A stretch of DNA of 63,994 nt, filler included, from Dimargaris cristalligena (Eukaryota): the NCBI GenBank assembly GCA_003614675.1. It is 3 parts of 3 records of this genome, joined end to end, with 100 filler letters (N's around TTAATTAATTAA, not from the genome) between each part and the next. Parts side by side here need not be neighbours in the genome. Positions count along the whole stretch, not along the records: positions 44,330 to 63,994 come from ML002720.1; 2 more parts are not named here. One strand, given 5' to 3'. Position 1 is the first letter of the stretch; each line of letters begins with the position of its first letter. The notes beneath the pieces are model-generated. The model saw only the letters and a list, made by a program, of their open reading frames with translations. It was not told the DNA's origin and did no database searches. Position numbers and translations under genes: made by a program. Shown piece after piece: positions 63,534 to 63,994 of the stretch.

Positions 63534-63832
63534 ATGAATCCCGAATAGTAAGTCCGCTTGACGAGCCTTCATCTCTGCCCGCCCACTCACTTACTCCTGG
63601 CCGTAACCTGTCTAGGCCGTTGCTATACTGTACTGTCCCATACCCCCATACACACGTATACTCATCCTACTCCCTTCTATGACCCCCTCACTACTCTCCC
63701 AACACCCATAGCGACTACCTTTTTAAGCTGCTGTTGATCGGCGACTCCGGCGTCGGTAAATCCTGCCTGCTGCTCCGTTTTGCTGACGACACCTACACGG
63801 AGAGCTACATCAGCACCATCGGCGTAGACTTC
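63534..63832 (+). CDS. YPT1: Ypt1/Rab1 GTPase, 5' half (exons 63534-63547 and 63712-63832, residues 1-45)
   Basis: [45 protein letters not shown] followed by a GTAAGT donor at 63833. Confidence 0.95.
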
Positions 63833-63889
63833 GTAAGTATATACCTGCCTCCCCCTTCAGTTCTCCATAGCCAGTTTCATAAGTCTCAC

Positions 63890-63944
63890 CCCATGTACCA
63901 CCACCACCACCACCCCATTCCCCCCAAGCCCACAGTACTCCCCG
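63890..63944 (+). repeat. Right arm (55 bp) of an inverted repeat; partner at 62858-62903
   Basis: CCCATGT(ACC)6CCATTCCCCCCAAGCCCACAGTACTCCCCG, identical to the left arm except for three extra ACC units. Confidence 0.95.
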
Positions 63945-63994
63945 ACAAGTGATGGGTGTGAATGGGACATGAGGCGTTTGATAGGTAGGAGTAA

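Noticed and set aside
63893-63952. Mini-[22 protein letters not shown] resembling a His tag
   Set aside because: It is the (ACC)n microsatellite inside the inverted-repeat arm within Rab1 intron 2. No vector context.
1-63994. CRISPR arrays, rRNA, intact transposase/RT genes or bacterial contamination
   Set aside because: None seen. The repeats are simple microsatellites, and all three contigs carry spliceosomal introns.

Overview
This is gene-dense eukaryotic fungal DNA with many spliceosomal GT-AG introns. Gene content and style suggest an early-diverging fungus, possibly a Zoopagomycota/Dimargaritales-type mycoparasite (inference only). Three contigs are joined by artificial 100-nt N-TTAATTAATTAA-N linkers (22077-22176, 44230-44329), so adjacency across them is not biological. 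I could build exon models for about 22 protein genes: COQ8, ORC4, class-3 lipase, eIF4A-III, Tvp15-like, MTG2/Obg, CTP1, F-box/LRR-like, Rho-GDI, mitochondrial L12, NOT3/5, an OTU protein, Maf, THP3/LENG8, a short Qc-SNARE, a small secreted protein, an Ebp1/AF4-like protein, type I DnaJ, HSF1, AlkB-like, SDR and YPT1/Rab1, plus a truncated tRNA-Ala(AGC). The top finding is that YPT1/Rab1 is split into two divergent halves. Exons 1-2 are on + (63534-63832) and exon 3 is on - (62792-62310). The 986-bp segment holding the promoter and exons 1-2 is bounded by a 46/55-bp inverted repeat, and flipping it restores a normal intron and a full 205-aa Rab1. This could be an invertible switch, trans-splicing, or an assembly/amplification artefact. 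Other findings: a strong CUG-start candidate for THP3, a possible AUA-initiated presequence for MTG2, and a 1.1-kb tract almost free of CpG.
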